A DNA stretch of 64,000 nt, taken from positions 3,404 through 67,403 of the forward strand of contig CAZZKJ010000005.1 of assembly GCA_964654695.1 (NCBI GenBank), in the 5' to 3' direction. The number at the start of each line of letters is the position of its first letter. The first letter of the stretch is position 1. Both the position numbers and the translations under genes were made by a program. Source of the DNA: an uncultured bacterium. GTDB taxonomy: Bacteria; Krumholzibacteriota; Krumholzibacteriia; WVZY01. Of the stretch, positions 1 through 10,155 are shown in pieces. The notes beneath the pieces are model-generated. The model had not been told where the DNA came from and made no database searches. It saw only the letters and a program-made list of their open reading frames with translations.

Positions 1-330
1 ATAATTCCATCAGTCAAACTGGGAACGGCCTACACAATTGATTCGAAGGCGCTGAACGGCTCTTTGATATTGGCGATCGACGGTGATTTCTATTTTGAAA
101 ACAGAAAATTTGCATCCGATTTCTGGATCGGAAGAATGAGCGCCGATCTCCACCTGGGAAGCGAACTCATTCTGCAGGATAAGGTAATGATCCGTGGAGG
201 ATTGGATGCCGGGAATGCCACTGCGGGAGCCGGATTGAGATGGAATTTCGTTGGTGTTGATTATGCCTACCTTCATCATAAAGACGACCTGGAGGCTTCA
301 CATCGAGTTTCCATATTAGCGGAATTCTAA
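1..330 (+). CDS. C-terminal fragment of an outer-membrane beta-barrel protein; the gene starts upstream of the window
   Basis: Frame 1 is open from nt 1 to a stop at 328-330. The translation has alternating hydrophobic/polar runs and ends ...SILAEF, a terminal Phe typical of OMP barrels. No family assignment is possible. Confidence 0.4.
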   Translation: MIPSVKLGTAYTIDSKALNGSLILAIDGDFYFENRKFASDFWIGRMSADLHLGSELILQDKVMIRGGLDAGNATAGAGLRWNFVGVDYAYLHHKDDLEASHRVSILAEF

Positions 331-363
331 AAGCTTGATTGCGTCCCTGTTCTATCCCTCTCC

Positions 364-2226
364 TCAAGGTTTCTTAATCCAGATTTCGAGTTCTTCTCCG
401 GGATGGATGAAAGATTTACGGCCTTTGCCGTTCCATGCCAGAAGGTCGCTTACCATGACATTGAATTTCTTGCTTATATGATAAATGGTGTCGCCTTTTT
501 TAACTACATAGTTGCGCTTCATGTATCCTCTTTGCGATGACGGCTTGTCTTTGCTGGAGATTGAAGCTCGGGGCGATTTGAAAGATTTTGGGACATAAAT
601 CTTCAGTTTTTGGCCTGGATAAATATAGGATCTGAAAGAAAGATTGTTCCAGCGGCGGATCTTGCTGGCCCTGGTATGGTAGAGTTCGGCTATTGCTCCA
701 AGATTGTCCCTGTCTTTGACAAAGTATTCCACTTTCTTATATCCCGCCGGGGCGGCTCTCTTCAGCGCATATGATTCCAGAGCCTTCTTGCTTAGCTTTC
801 TTCTCTTGTCCGAATAGATGGGTTTTGATGATGCAAGAGCAGTATATTCACCTTTGAGGGGTACAATCAAAGTCTTGCCGGCCCTAATCAGATGGGAATT
901 CTTGATTCCGTTCAGCCGTTTGAGTGTGCCTATGCTTGTACCGAACTTTCTTGCGATGAGGGACAGTGTTTCTCCATTGCGGATTCGGTGACGGCGCCAG
1001 GTAACGCGTTTGGAAGGCGGAATATCGAGAAGTTTTGCGGTGCAGGATGCTCCTTTGCCCTTTGGGACTTTGACATCCAACCGTGCTTTTGGAGGAGTAC
1101 ACCAGCGCAAAATTGCCGGGTTGAGATTGCGTATAAACTTGAGGCTGGCATCGGAAAGCCGGGCGATCAATTTGAGGTCCGTAGCGTCGGTTACGGTTAC
1201 AGCGTCGAATTCATCCGGGGTTGTTCGGGGAATATCGAAACCATATTTTGGAGGATTGCGCAAAATATACAAAGCTGCGAGAAATTTCGGAACATATCTT
1301 TCGGTTTGCCTGGGAAGCTTAAGCCTCCAGAAATCTTCGGTTTTCTGACGGACGACGGCCCCGGCAACCCTGTATTCGCCCGCGTTGTACGATGCCAGAG
1401 CCAGGAGCCATGAGTGCCACACGGCGTAAAGATCTTTTAAATAGTTTCCGGCGGCATAAGTAGAAGCTACAATGTCCCGCCTTTCATCCACCCACCAGTT
1501 TACCCGCAGTCCGTAGATTCTGCCGGTGCCGGCTAGGAACTGCCAGGGCCCCACTGCCTTGGCCTTGGACCTGGCTTTCATATTAAAACCGCTTTCAATT
1601 AGCGGAATGCATATTAAAGAAGGCGGCAGATCGAGTTCAGCCAGAATTTTCTCGACGGTAGGTCTGTGGTTTTCCAACCGGTAGAGGTTTCTAGCGAAAC
1701 GACTTTTGCCCGGACCTGTAAAGTATCTCAGCCAGAAGGCGATGCGCTTATTTTCGATATAATGAAACGCGGTATCTTCAGGAGATGAATAGCCGTCATA
1801 ATCGATATGAACTGCACTGTCCGGCCATTCGAGAACGGATAAAGCAATGCTGTCCTCTTGTGATAGATATGGATGCCTGTACTCATGGTTCAAAGCCAAA
1901 GAATCCAACCGGCCCAGTTCCACAAGGACACTCAATGCTACGGAGTCTTCCGAAGCTGAGGGATTCATTCCTAAATAGTCCTGGAGATCGATTTGCAGCG
2001 AATCGCGGGCAAAGAAAAAACCGTTAATATCCCCAAATTCCAGAAGTGAAACCACCGAGTCTAGGCGTTTCTGAAAATTATCGGCTTTGTAATTAGCCTG
2101 CATCTGGGCGGTTTGCTCGGCCGAAACGCCGTCTTTCCCGGGAGAAACCGGTCCCCCGGCCGGAGCCCACGAGCATTCCGGAAGAGCATATAACGCAAGC
2201 AATAACAGTAAGTAACGTTTAACCAT
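364..2226 (-). CDS. mltD: Membrane-bound lytic murein transglycosylase (MltD-like) with three C-terminal LysM domains
   Basis: Signal peptide MVKRYLLLLLALYALP. SLT catalytic region (ESGFN...AVGPWQF...ASYNAGEYRV). Three LysM repeats (e.g. YVVKKGDTIYHISKKFNVMVSDLLAWNG). The start was moved to the ATG at 2224-2226 (MVKRY) because the 32 upstream codons of the ORF precede the signal peptide. Confidence 0.85.
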   Translation of the reverse strand: MVKRYLLLLLALYALPECSWAPAGGPVSPGKDGVSAEQTAQMQANYKADNFQKRLDSVVSLLEFGDINGFFFARDSLQIDLQDYLGMNPSASEDSVALSVLVELGRLDSLALNHEYRHPYLSQEDSIALSVLEWPDSAVHIDYDGYSSPEDTAFHYIENKRIAFWLRYFTGPGKSRFARNLYRLENHRPTVEKILAELDLPPSLICIPLIESGFNMKARSKAKAVGPWQFLAGTGRIYGLRVNWWVDERRDIVASTYAAGNYLKDLYAVWHSWLLALASYNAGEYRVAGAVVRQKTEDFWRLKLPRQTERYVPKFLAALYILRNPPKYGFDIPRTTPDEFDAVTVTDATDLKLIARLSDASLKFIRNLNPAILRWCTPPKARLDVKVPKGKGASCTAKLLDIPPSKRVTWRRHRIRNGETLSLIARKFGTSIGTLKRLNGIKNSHLIRAGKTLIVPLKGEYTALASSKPIYSDKRRKLSKKALESYALKRAAPAGYKKVEYFVKDRDNLGAIAELYHTRASKIRRWNNLSFRSYIYPGQKLKIYVPKSFKSPRASISSKDKPSSQRGYMKRNYVVKKGDTIYHISKKFNVMVSDLLAWNGKGRKSFIHPGEELEIWIKKP

Positions 2227-2416
2227 TTTGGTAATCCGCTTTCCATCCGTTAAATAATTCAGGCATTTTCGGGCTATTTTCAGCAAATTGCAAGCCAAAT
2301 CGTCTTTGGACTTGAAAAGCATGCCGGATAATTAACAGTAGAAAGATTGAACGTAAATAATGTATAATTAGGGATATAAAAACATACGATTCCCTCATTA
2401 TTTTGAAGGTATAAAA

Positions 2417-3751
2417 ATGCGCACCTTGGAGAAAGACTATAAATACCTTCTTCAGAACCTGATACCGTTCAGTAAGCTGCCACCGGCTAACCGCCGGAGG
2501 ATCGATGCGGCTCTTTATTCCGGTTCAAAAACGGAACTCAGAAGAGAAGCGGTTTTAGCGCTCGAAGAATTATCCTCAGCTTCTTACATGTCACGATTGG
2601 AACCCCGCTTCGAAGAGGAAAAGGTCACGCTGATTTATTCCCGAAAAAGCAGGAACCTGAAACTCAATGTGACGATACCCGAAACAGAATGGAAAAATCT
2701 TCAATTCGATCTTTCATCAAAAAGCATTGGCGTGCTTGAAAGCAAAGCTGGATTAAACAAAACGATTTCAGAATCATCTTGGTATCTTGAAAAAATACCC
2801 GGGCTAATCGACACTTTTATTGTTGATGAGAGGAATGAATCGCTTGCTTTCAAACTGTCTCGTCTCTGCGAGCATCTTGAAGAATGGCTGAAACTGAAAA
2901 ACATGGAGCTGTTCATTCAAGATGAGCATATAGGGGAATCAAAGACTGGACACGTTAAAGTCCATCCGGTTACAAAAGAAGAGATGGAATATAATCCACA
3001 GGTCAAAAGAATGAAACTCCAGGGAGAACATGCAGATTTCATTTTAAAAGGCTCAGTAAATTGGGAAAACTATGATGTTGAGGGCAAGAACATGTTTATG
3101 GTATCGATATTCGCTCTTGGAGAATTTTGGGGGATTTTGCAGACCGCACCCGTCGAAGCTGCGGAGACAAAAAGCATTCATGCCAGAGTCACCGCGGCCG
3201 CTCGAATAACTCAACAGATGATCGAGAACAGTGTAAGGCTGGAAAGCATGGTATCCCTTGACAAACTGACGGGAATATACAATCGACATTTTTACGATAT
3301 CCAGATGCCGATAGAAATAGAAAGAGCCACCCGCAGTTCAAACAAGCTGTCTATGATTCTATTGGATCTTGACGATTTCAAGAAAATCAATGACGAGTTG
3401 GGGCATAAAAAGGGAGATGAAGCCCTGGTAATAACGGCTGAAACAATAAAGAAGAATCTTCGAAAGATAGATCTTCCATTTCGTTACGGGGGAGAAGAAT
3501 TTACGATCCTGCTTCCTGGGACCGGACATCTGGAGGCCATTCATACGGCCGAGCGATTACGAGCCAGGCTGAGTACTTTTGATGCATTCAAAGACAATTC
3601 AGGGCGATCCCGGATTATAACCGCAAGCTTTGGCATAGCTGTTTTTCCCGATCACGCATCCACCGGAGACGAATTATTCATTAAAGCCGACAAGGCCATG
3701 TTCAGGGCCAAAAGGCTGGGCAAAAATCGCATAGAATTGTATATAGATTAG
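2417..3751 (+). CDS. Diguanylate cyclase (GGDEF domain, GGEEF active-site variant) with an uncharacterised ~270-aa N-terminal sensor region
   Basis: C-terminal region LTGIYNRHFYD...LLDLDDFKKINDELGHKKGDEAL...FRYGGEEFTILLPG...RAK..GKNRI. Transcribed divergently from mltD. Confidence 0.85.
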   Translation: MRTLEKDYKYLLQNLIPFSKLPPANRRRIDAALYSGSKTELRREAVLALEELSSASYMSRLEPRFEEEKVTLIYSRKSRNLKLNVTIPETEWKNLQFDLSSKSIGVLESKAGLNKTISESSWYLEKIPGLIDTFIVDERNESLAFKLSRLCEHLEEWLKLKNMELFIQDEHIGESKTGHVKVHPVTKEEMEYNPQVKRMKLQGEHADFILKGSVNWENYDVEGKNMFMVSIFALGEFWGILQTAPVEAAETKSIHARVTAAARITQQMIENSVRLESMVSLDKLTGIYNRHFYDIQMPIEIERATRSSNKLSMILLDLDDFKKINDELGHKKGDEALVITAETIKKNLRKIDLPFRYGGEEFTILLPGTGHLEAIHTAERLRARLSTFDAFKDNSGRSRIITASFGIAVFPDHASTGDELFIKADKAMFRAKRLGKNRIELYID

Positions 3752-3780
3752 AGATATTATTTCTTAAGTGGTGATGGGTA

Positions 3781-5268
3781 GTGATGTGGGGATTAATATT
3801 GTCTTTAGCCGCAGGCATATCCGGTCAAATCCGTTTATTTCCTCTTTTCCTCGTGGCGTCTTCGGCGGTTTTAATCATAAAAAGCAGAAACCCGGTCTTA
3901 GTGGTCTGCTACGGAATTCTTATGTGCTCGTTTTACATATACGGGCGGACAAGCACCCTTATAAATATAAAGAATGCCGCTAGATGCCTTCAAATTGCCA
4001 TGAATGCGCAGAAGAACGGAGATAAAAAGTTGGCCGGATGGGTTTCCGGCTATCCGATCCAAGAGCGTTCTGGAACTCGAATCACTTTAAACCTGGATCA
4101 ACAAAACCAAGGCACATTGCTGCCAGCTAAGATCGAGGGATTCGATATTCAATTCGGAGAAAAACTGCTAATAACAAAATGGGATATAAAAAAAAGACGT
4201 CATAATGCGCAGAAAAAGCCTCAAAATAAAAATATACTTGAAAACGCATGGCATGTGGAAAATATAATAGTCCGCGTTAAAGTAGGGGATTATATATCCT
4301 TGCCAGAAATAAACGGCGACCCGGCGGTGCGATGCGTTTTTTGGCCGCTCCATAGAGAATTAAGAAACTGTATAAAGAGGAACCTTGGCGCAAACGGCGC
4401 CGTCCCTCTGGCCCTGCTTCTCGGAGAAAAAAGCGCGCTTAGAATAAAAACGAAAAACAATCTGCAGGTTTTAGGCATTTCCCATCTCTTCGCTTTGAGC
4501 GGGCTTCATTTAGGTTTAATTGCAGCCCTTATCCTTTGGGTTTTCAAGAAAATGAAGCTGAGAAGCAGGCTGCTGCTTATAGCGTTTCTTTATTTTTATA
4601 TAAGCGTAGTAGGTGATATCCCTTCTTTGAAAAGAGCGTATGTGATGATGCTGTTCGGCGCATTCGCTCTTAAGGTCCAAAGAGCTGTTAGTTTGAATGA
4701 TATCATTGCGGCCGCAGCCATGGTGCTTTTGTTGATGGATCCGGGCTCGCTGAATTCCATCGGCCTGCAGCTTTCTTTTGTGGCAACGTATGCAGTTCTA
4801 TTGAGCATAACAGGGCTTAAAAAACGAAATAAGACCGCATTCTTAAGAATAGCTGCACTATTTTTATTATTCAGTCTTAGAGCAAGTATTTACGCTCAGG
4901 CTTTTACGCTGCCGCTCTCGCTCAAGTATTTTGGTAAAGTCAGCATCATGTCTCCAATAGCCACAATCGTTTTTCTGCCCATGGTTATAATAATGATAAT
5001 CCTCTCAGCTGCTGCAGCAATAACGGAATTATGCTTTCCTTATTCGGGGGGAATATTATTCAACATTCTCGATAAAAGTGTTGATATTTTCGACGCGTGT
5101 TTGAACGTTCTTGCGGCCGCAGCCCCAAAGGCAATTCACGCACAAAGACCCTGCGAGCTTTTATATTATCCCGGGATTTGGCTTTGCCTATCTCCCAATA
5201 AAAATATATGGGCAAGGCTGGCGGGGATTGCTCTAGCGGCTGTATCATTGACGCTGGGACGGGTATGA
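3781..5268 (+). CDS. comEC: ComEC/Rec2-family DNA-uptake channel protein, short form without the metallo-beta-lactamase domain
   Basis: Polytopic membrane protein with the ISHLFALSGLHLG competence-domain signature. At 495 aa there is no C-terminal MBL domain. Confidence 0.75.
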   Translation: MMWGLILSLAAGISGQIRLFPLFLVASSAVLIIKSRNPVLVVCYGILMCSFYIYGRTSTLINIKNAARCLQIAMNAQKNGDKKLAGWVSGYPIQERSGTRITLNLDQQNQGTLLPAKIEGFDIQFGEKLLITKWDIKKRRHNAQKKPQNKNILENAWHVENIIVRVKVGDYISLPEINGDPAVRCVFWPLHRELRNCIKRNLGANGAVPLALLLGEKSALRIKTKNNLQVLGISHLFALSGLHLGLIAALILWVFKKMKLRSRLLLIAFLYFYISVVGDIPSLKRAYVMMLFGAFALKVQRAVSLNDIIAAAAMVLLLMDPGSLNSIGLQLSFVATYAVLLSITGLKKRNKTAFLRIAALFLLFSLRASIYAQAFTLPLSLKYFGKVSIMSPIATIVFLPMVIIMIILSAAAAITELCFPYSGGILFNILDKSVDIFDACLNVLAAAAPKAIHAQRPCELLYYPGIWLCLSPNKNIWARLAGIALAAVSLTLGRV

Positions 5269-5374
5269 GATGGTCCAGATTGCCGGTGGGATCTGTATTT
5301 AACTGCTAAATTTTATAATGCAGCCCGCGTATATTGATGATATATTAATCCCGTTTAAGACCGGAGCTTGATTT

Positions 5375-6001
5375 ATGAAGAGTAATAAATGCAAAATCGT
5401 TGTGCTCGCATCGGGAGCCGGCACGAATTTTCGAGCGTTGGCGGATACGTGTGCGAAAAAGAATTTCCCGGCGGAGATTGCGGGTCTGATTTCCGATAAT
5501 CCTGATGCCGGAGCTTTGGATATAGCAAAGGAAAAGGGGATTGAGCATTTCTGCGTAGCCGTCAAGGTGGCAAAGGGCCGTTTGCCGCTTGATGCTGAAA
5601 AGAGGATCGATGAAATCTGTTCCGATCTGGGTGCTGATCTTATAGCTCTGGCCGGATTTATGAGAATTCTAAAAGGACCTCTTCTGAAAAATTATCAAGG
5701 CCGTATCATGAATATTCATCCCGCGCTTCTTCCGAGTTTCAAGGGCTTGCATGCTCAAAAGCAGGCATTGGATTATGGAGTAAAAATAGCCGGCTGCACC
5801 GTGCATTTCGTAGACGGCTCTATTGACGGCGGCGCGATCATAATGCAGGCTTCGGTTCCCGTGAGAGACGAGGATGACGAAGAGAGCCTGAGCGGGAAGA
5901 TACTCGAACTGGAACATAGAACATACGCAGAAGCCGTGCGCCTGTTCGCTCTCGGGTTGATTAAGATCGAAGGGCGAATCGTGCGGATCCTTGCCGATTA
6001 A
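5375..6001 (+). CDS. purN: Phosphoribosylglycinamide formyltransferase
   Basis: KIVVLASGAGTNFRAL...NIHPALLPSFKGLHAQKQALDYGVKIAGCTVHFVDGSIDGG motifs. Confidence 0.9.
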   Translation: MKSNKCKIVVLASGAGTNFRALADTCAKKNFPAEIAGLISDNPDAGALDIAKEKGIEHFCVAVKVAKGRLPLDAEKRIDEICSDLGADLIALAGFMRILKGPLLKNYQGRIMNIHPALLPSFKGLHAQKQALDYGVKIAGCTVHFVDGSIDGGAIIMQASVPVRDEDDEESLSGKILELEHRTYAEAVRLFALGLIKIEGRIVRILAD

Positions 6002-6034
6002 CGGCGTTTAGAATCATTTCATGGGGGTACTTGG

Positions 6035-6931
6035 ATGAAGCGATCGCTTTATAGCACGGAAGAGATAGGATTGAAGCCTGATGTATCAGGCAAAGTCAGG
6101 GACATATTTGATCTGGGCGATAAACTCCTCATAGTGGCAACCGACCGGATCAGCGCCTATGATTCCATTTTGCCGGATCCGATTCCCGGAAAGGGCGTCA
6201 TATTAACTCAGATGACGCTGGGATGGTATGAACATTTTGCAAACGAAATAAATACTCATTTCCTTACAAGCGAACTTGATGATTTCCCCGTTCCTTTTAA
6301 GAATCAAGTGTCACTAGATGGTAGAAGTATGTTGGTGAGCAAGGCCGAGCGTTTGGACGTGGAGTGTGTAGTCAGGGGGTACCTTGCCGGATCCGGATGG
6401 AAAGAATACACTTCTTCGGGCAAGATCTGCGGTATAAAGCTGCCGGAAGGCCTTCAAGAATCATCCGAACTCCCAAATCCTGTATTCACTCCCGCAACAA
6501 AAGCTGAAAGCGGGCATGATATCAACATAAGTTTTGATAAAATGGCGTCCATCGTTCCTGGAGGCATAGCTGAACAATTGAAAAATCTCAGTCTCGGAGT
6601 ATACAACCGGGCTCGAGACTATGCCGCCGCAGCCGGAATAATCCTGGCCGACACGAAGTTCGAATTTGGAATATTGGGAGGAGAAATCATCTTGATCGAT
6701 GAACTCTTATCGCCGGATTCATCTAGGTTTTGGCCCTCCGAGGATTATGAGCCCGGCAGGCCGCAAGCAAGTTACGATAAACAGTTCGTAAGAGATTATC
6801 TCGATCATATAGGGTGGGACCGCAATCCTCCGGCGCCGGCCCTGCCTCCGGACGTTATCGGGAAAACCATAGAGCGATACGAAGAAGCGAGCAAAATGCT
6901 TTTTCCAACCATAGAATACAAGGAGAATTAG
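6035..6931 (+). CDS. purC: SAICAR synthetase, long ~300-aa form
   Basis: GKVRDIFDLGDKLLIVATDRISAYD and downstream conserved blocks. Its length matches the long (eukaryote/Bacteroidetes-type) PurC. Confidence 0.9.
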   Translation: MKRSLYSTEEIGLKPDVSGKVRDIFDLGDKLLIVATDRISAYDSILPDPIPGKGVILTQMTLGWYEHFANEINTHFLTSELDDFPVPFKNQVSLDGRSMLVSKAERLDVECVVRGYLAGSGWKEYTSSGKICGIKLPEGLQESSELPNPVFTPATKAESGHDINISFDKMASIVPGGIAEQLKNLSLGVYNRARDYAAAAGIILADTKFEFGILGGEIILIDELLSPDSSRFWPSEDYEPGRPQASYDKQFVRDYLDHIGWDRNPPAPALPPDVIGKTIERYEEASKMLFPTIEYKEN

Positions 6932-6932
6932 A

Positions 6933-8495
6933 GTGAGCGCAAATGAAATTAAAAATGCCTTGATAAGCGTAACGGATAAGTCCGGCTTGTCCGAGTTCGC
7001 ATCTATCTTGAGAAAACGGGGCATTCATATATTAGCTTCATCCGGAACGAAAATACATCTTGAAAGCAAAGGCATCGTTGCCGAAGAAATATCGAGCTAT
7101 ACGAACAGCAGAGAGCTTCTCGACGGGAGGGTTAAAACGCTTCACCCCAAGATTCACGCGGGAATCCTGGCAGACAGGAAAAATCCAGCTCATATGAAAT
7201 CTCTTAAAGAAAAAGGCATTCGGAGCATTGATCTTGTAATAGTTAATCTCTATCCATTCAGGGAGAAATATTCAGGATCTGGATTGTCGGAGCAGGAAAT
7301 GTGCGAATTCATTGACATAGGCGGCATAGCTCTTATAAGAGCCGCTGCGAAGAATTACAGTTCCGTTACTGTGATAACAAATCCCGAGCAGTACGCTGGG
7401 GTGGCCCGGGAAATAGAAGAAAAAGGCGGCACCACCATCGAGACCAGGAGGATCCTGGCCGGAGAAGCTTTCAAATTGTCCTCCGCATATGACTCCTGCA
7501 TTCGAGAATTTTTTGATTCAATGACAGAAGAGGACGGCCTGCCTACAATCCTGCCTATGAATTTCGAAAGGGCTCATGTGTTGAGATACGGCGAAAATCC
7601 CCATCAAAAGGGCGCAATCTACAGCTCCCATAAGAACTCTTACCTTCTTTCCAGCACGCAGATTCAAGGTAAGGAACTGTCTTTTAATAATTATATCGAT
7701 ATAATCGGCGCGTTCGCCCTCGCAAGGGACCTGGGGAAGAATCGCACTGCAATTATCAAACATACAAATCCATGCGGCGCCGGATGGTGCGGCGATATTC
7801 GCACTTCATATGAACGAGCTTTAGCCTGCGATTCGCAGAGTGCTTTCGGAGGCATAGTGGCTGCGAATGGGGAGATCGACGGTGATACCGCAGATGCAAT
7901 GATAAAGCTTTTTCTTGAAGTGGTTCTGGCAAGATCATTTACAGTAGAAGCGTTGGCAAGGTTCTCCCGTAAGAAGAACTTGAGAGTTATATCAATTCCC
8001 GATAAATATTGGGATCTTCCGCAGTCGGTTTATATGGGTCTTTTCATTGAAGACGCTTTTCTCTACCAGGAGCTTGATACGGGATTTCCTGAGATCGATT
8101 CCCTCGAAACTGTTACGAAGAAACATCCGAATGACGTGGAACGCAAAGCGCTTATCAACGCCTGGAAGACGGCTAAACATGTCAAATCGAATTCCATAGT
8201 TATAGCCAATGAGTCAGGAACCGTAGGTATTGGGGCGGGGCAGATGAGCAGGGTTGATGCAGCTCGGATTGCCGTGGAAAAAGCCGGGCGCGCCGGACTT
8301 TCTCTCAAGGACTCAGTCGCAGCTTCGGATGCTTTTTTCCCGTTTGCGGACGGAGTCATCGAGCTTGCCGAAAGCGGCATAACTTCGGTGATTCAACCGG
8401 GAGGATCGATCAGGGATAATGAAGTAATCGCCTCTGCGGATTCCGCCGGGATATCAATGGTATTTACGGGACGAAGACATTTTCGACACCTGTAG
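6933..8495 (+). CDS. purH: Bifunctional AICAR transformylase / IMP cyclohydrolase
   Basis: N-terminal MGS-like domain (ALISVTDKSGL...ILASSGT) followed by the AICARFT domain. GTG start with an AAGGAG RBS. Confidence 0.95.
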   Translation: MSANEIKNALISVTDKSGLSEFASILRKRGIHILASSGTKIHLESKGIVAEEISSYTNSRELLDGRVKTLHPKIHAGILADRKNPAHMKSLKEKGIRSIDLVIVNLYPFREKYSGSGLSEQEMCEFIDIGGIALIRAAAKNYSSVTVITNPEQYAGVAREIEEKGGTTIETRRILAGEAFKLSSAYDSCIREFFDSMTEEDGLPTILPMNFERAHVLRYGENPHQKGAIYSSHKNSYLLSSTQIQGKELSFNNYIDIIGAFALARDLGKNRTAIIKHTNPCGAGWCGDIRTSYERALACDSQSAFGGIVAANGEIDGDTADAMIKLFLEVVLARSFTVEALARFSRKKNLRVISIPDKYWDLPQSVYMGLFIEDAFLYQELDTGFPEIDSLETVTKKHPNDVERKALINAWKTAKHVKSNSIVIANESGTVGIGAGQMSRVDAARIAVEKAGRAGLSLKDSVAASDAFFPFADGVIELAESGITSVIQPGGSIRDNEVIASADSAGISMVFTGRRHFRHL

Positions 8496-8517
8496 GATCC
8501 TCATACAGGAGAATTTT

Positions 8518-10056
8518 ATGCAGGAAAAAGGCATAGTAATACTTGATTTTGGATCGCAGTACACGCAATTGATTACCAAATCGATTCGCAGGTTGAATGT
8601 GTTTTCCGAAATACTTCCGTGCACCGCTCCCCGGGAGGAGATTCTCAAGAATAAACCCAACGGCATTATCCTGTCTGGAGGGCCGTCAAGTGTATTTGAC
8701 AGGGACGCACCTATATTGCCTGAATTCTTACTGGGGTTGAATCTACCCATCCTGGGTATCTGTTACGGCATGCAGCTGGCGGCAAGGGCTATGGGAGCGG
8801 AAGTCAAACAGTCCGGCAGCGGGGAGTATGGGTTCACTCTGATAAAAACCATGGAAGATAACCCTCTTTTCAAGAGAACCCCGGAAGAGCAACAGGTATG
8901 GATGAGCCACAGGGATAAAATAGCAGGCAGAGTTCCGGGTATGGAAGTGATTGCTTCTTCTGATAACTGCGACATAGCTGCTCTAGCTTTTCCTGAAAAA
9001 CATATTTACGGTGTGCAGTTTCATCCGGAGGTTCGCCATACTTCCTGTGGCGAAACAATACTGGAAAATTTTATATTCGAAATTTGCATGTGTTCGGCAG
9101 CTTGGAAAGCGGAAAATATGATCGAACAGAAGATAAGCGAAATCAAAACCGCTGCCGGGAACAAACCTGTGATCTGCGGCGTAAGCGGCGGAGTCGACAG
9201 CTCGGTGACTGCTGTTTTAACCAGCAGGGCGGTTGGAAAGAATCTTTTTTGCGTATTCGTCGATAATGGACTGCTTCGCTCAAATGAGAAAGAAAATGTT
9301 GAGAAGCTGCTCAACAAACACCTGGCAGTGAAATTGCATGTTGTCGATGCCCGCAGGAGATTCCTGGAGTGCCTGCAGGGGGTTCTGGATCCGGAAGAGA
9401 AGCGCAAGAGAATAGGCGGTTTGTTTATAGATATTTTTAATGATGTAAGCAAGCAGGCCGGACCTTTTGAATATCTGGCTCAAGGTACCTTATATCCGGA
9501 CCGAATCGAAAGCACATCCACTTTCGGGCCTTCAGATGTAATAAAAACCCATCACAACGTTGGGGGTTTGCCGGATAAGATAAATTTCAAACTTATCGAA
9601 CCTCTGGCATTTCTTTTTAAAGATGAAGTGCGTGAGCTCGGAAGAGCTGCAGGTCTTCCGGAAGAACTGCTCGGACGTCATCCTTTTCCGGGACCCGGAC
9701 TGGCCGTCAGGGTGGTGGGAGAAGTGACGGAATCAAAGCTGGAAATACTGCGCAAAGCCGACAAGATCTTTATAGACGGGCTAAAAGAATGGAAGCTTTA
9801 CGACAAAGTATGGCAGGCGGGGGCTGTTCTTCTTTCCGTCAAGAGCGTTGGCGTGATGGGCGATTGCAGGACCTATAACTATGTTATCGCCCTAAGGGCT
9901 GTTAACAGCACAGATGGGATGACAGCGGATTGGGCCAGACTCGGTGATGATTTCCTGGCGGCTATGTCCAGCAAAATTATAAACTCCATTGAAGGCATAA
10001 ACCGGGTTGTCTATGACATCAGTTCCAAACCGCCCAGCACCATAGAATGGGAATGA
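8518..10056 (+). CDS. guaA: GMP synthase (glutamine-hydrolysing)
   Basis: GATase domain (ILDFGSQYTQLI, ...GICYGMQL) and ATP-PPase SGGVDSSV motif. C-terminal end ...IEWE. Confidence 0.95.
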   Translation: MQEKGIVILDFGSQYTQLITKSIRRLNVFSEILPCTAPREEILKNKPNGIILSGGPSSVFDRDAPILPEFLLGLNLPILGICYGMQLAARAMGAEVKQSGSGEYGFTLIKTMEDNPLFKRTPEEQQVWMSHRDKIAGRVPGMEVIASSDNCDIAALAFPEKHIYGVQFHPEVRHTSCGETILENFIFEICMCSAAWKAENMIEQKISEIKTAAGNKPVICGVSGGVDSSVTAVLTSRAVGKNLFCVFVDNGLLRSNEKENVEKLLNKHLAVKLHVVDARRRFLECLQGVLDPEEKRKRIGGLFIDIFNDVSKQAGPFEYLAQGTLYPDRIESTSTFGPSDVIKTHHNVGGLPDKINFKLIEPLAFLFKDEVRELGRAAGLPEELLGRHPFPGPGLAVRVVGEVTESKLEILRKADKIFIDGLKEWKLYDKVWQAGAVLLSVKSVGVMGDCRTYNYVIALRAVNSTDGMTADWARLGDDFLAAMSSKIINSIEGINRVVYDISSKPPSTIEWE

Positions 10057-10155
10057 CAAATCCCATCGATAATAAAACCATACGTTTTCTGAATTAAAAA
10101 AAAGCAACCTTGATTGCGATCCAGGCGGATTAACCTCAAAAGACCGGCGGATTCG

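Noticed and set aside
364-2322. Full 652-aa version of the mltD ORF
   Set aside because: The first 32 codons precede a textbook signal peptide, so the downstream ATG at 2226 is the likelier start.
5269-5374. Possible purine or ZTP riboswitch ahead of the purN-purC-purH-guaA operon
   Set aside because: No conserved core, neither a purine-riboswitch junction nor the pfl/ZTP motif, is recognisable in the 106-nt gap. It is probably just a promoter region.
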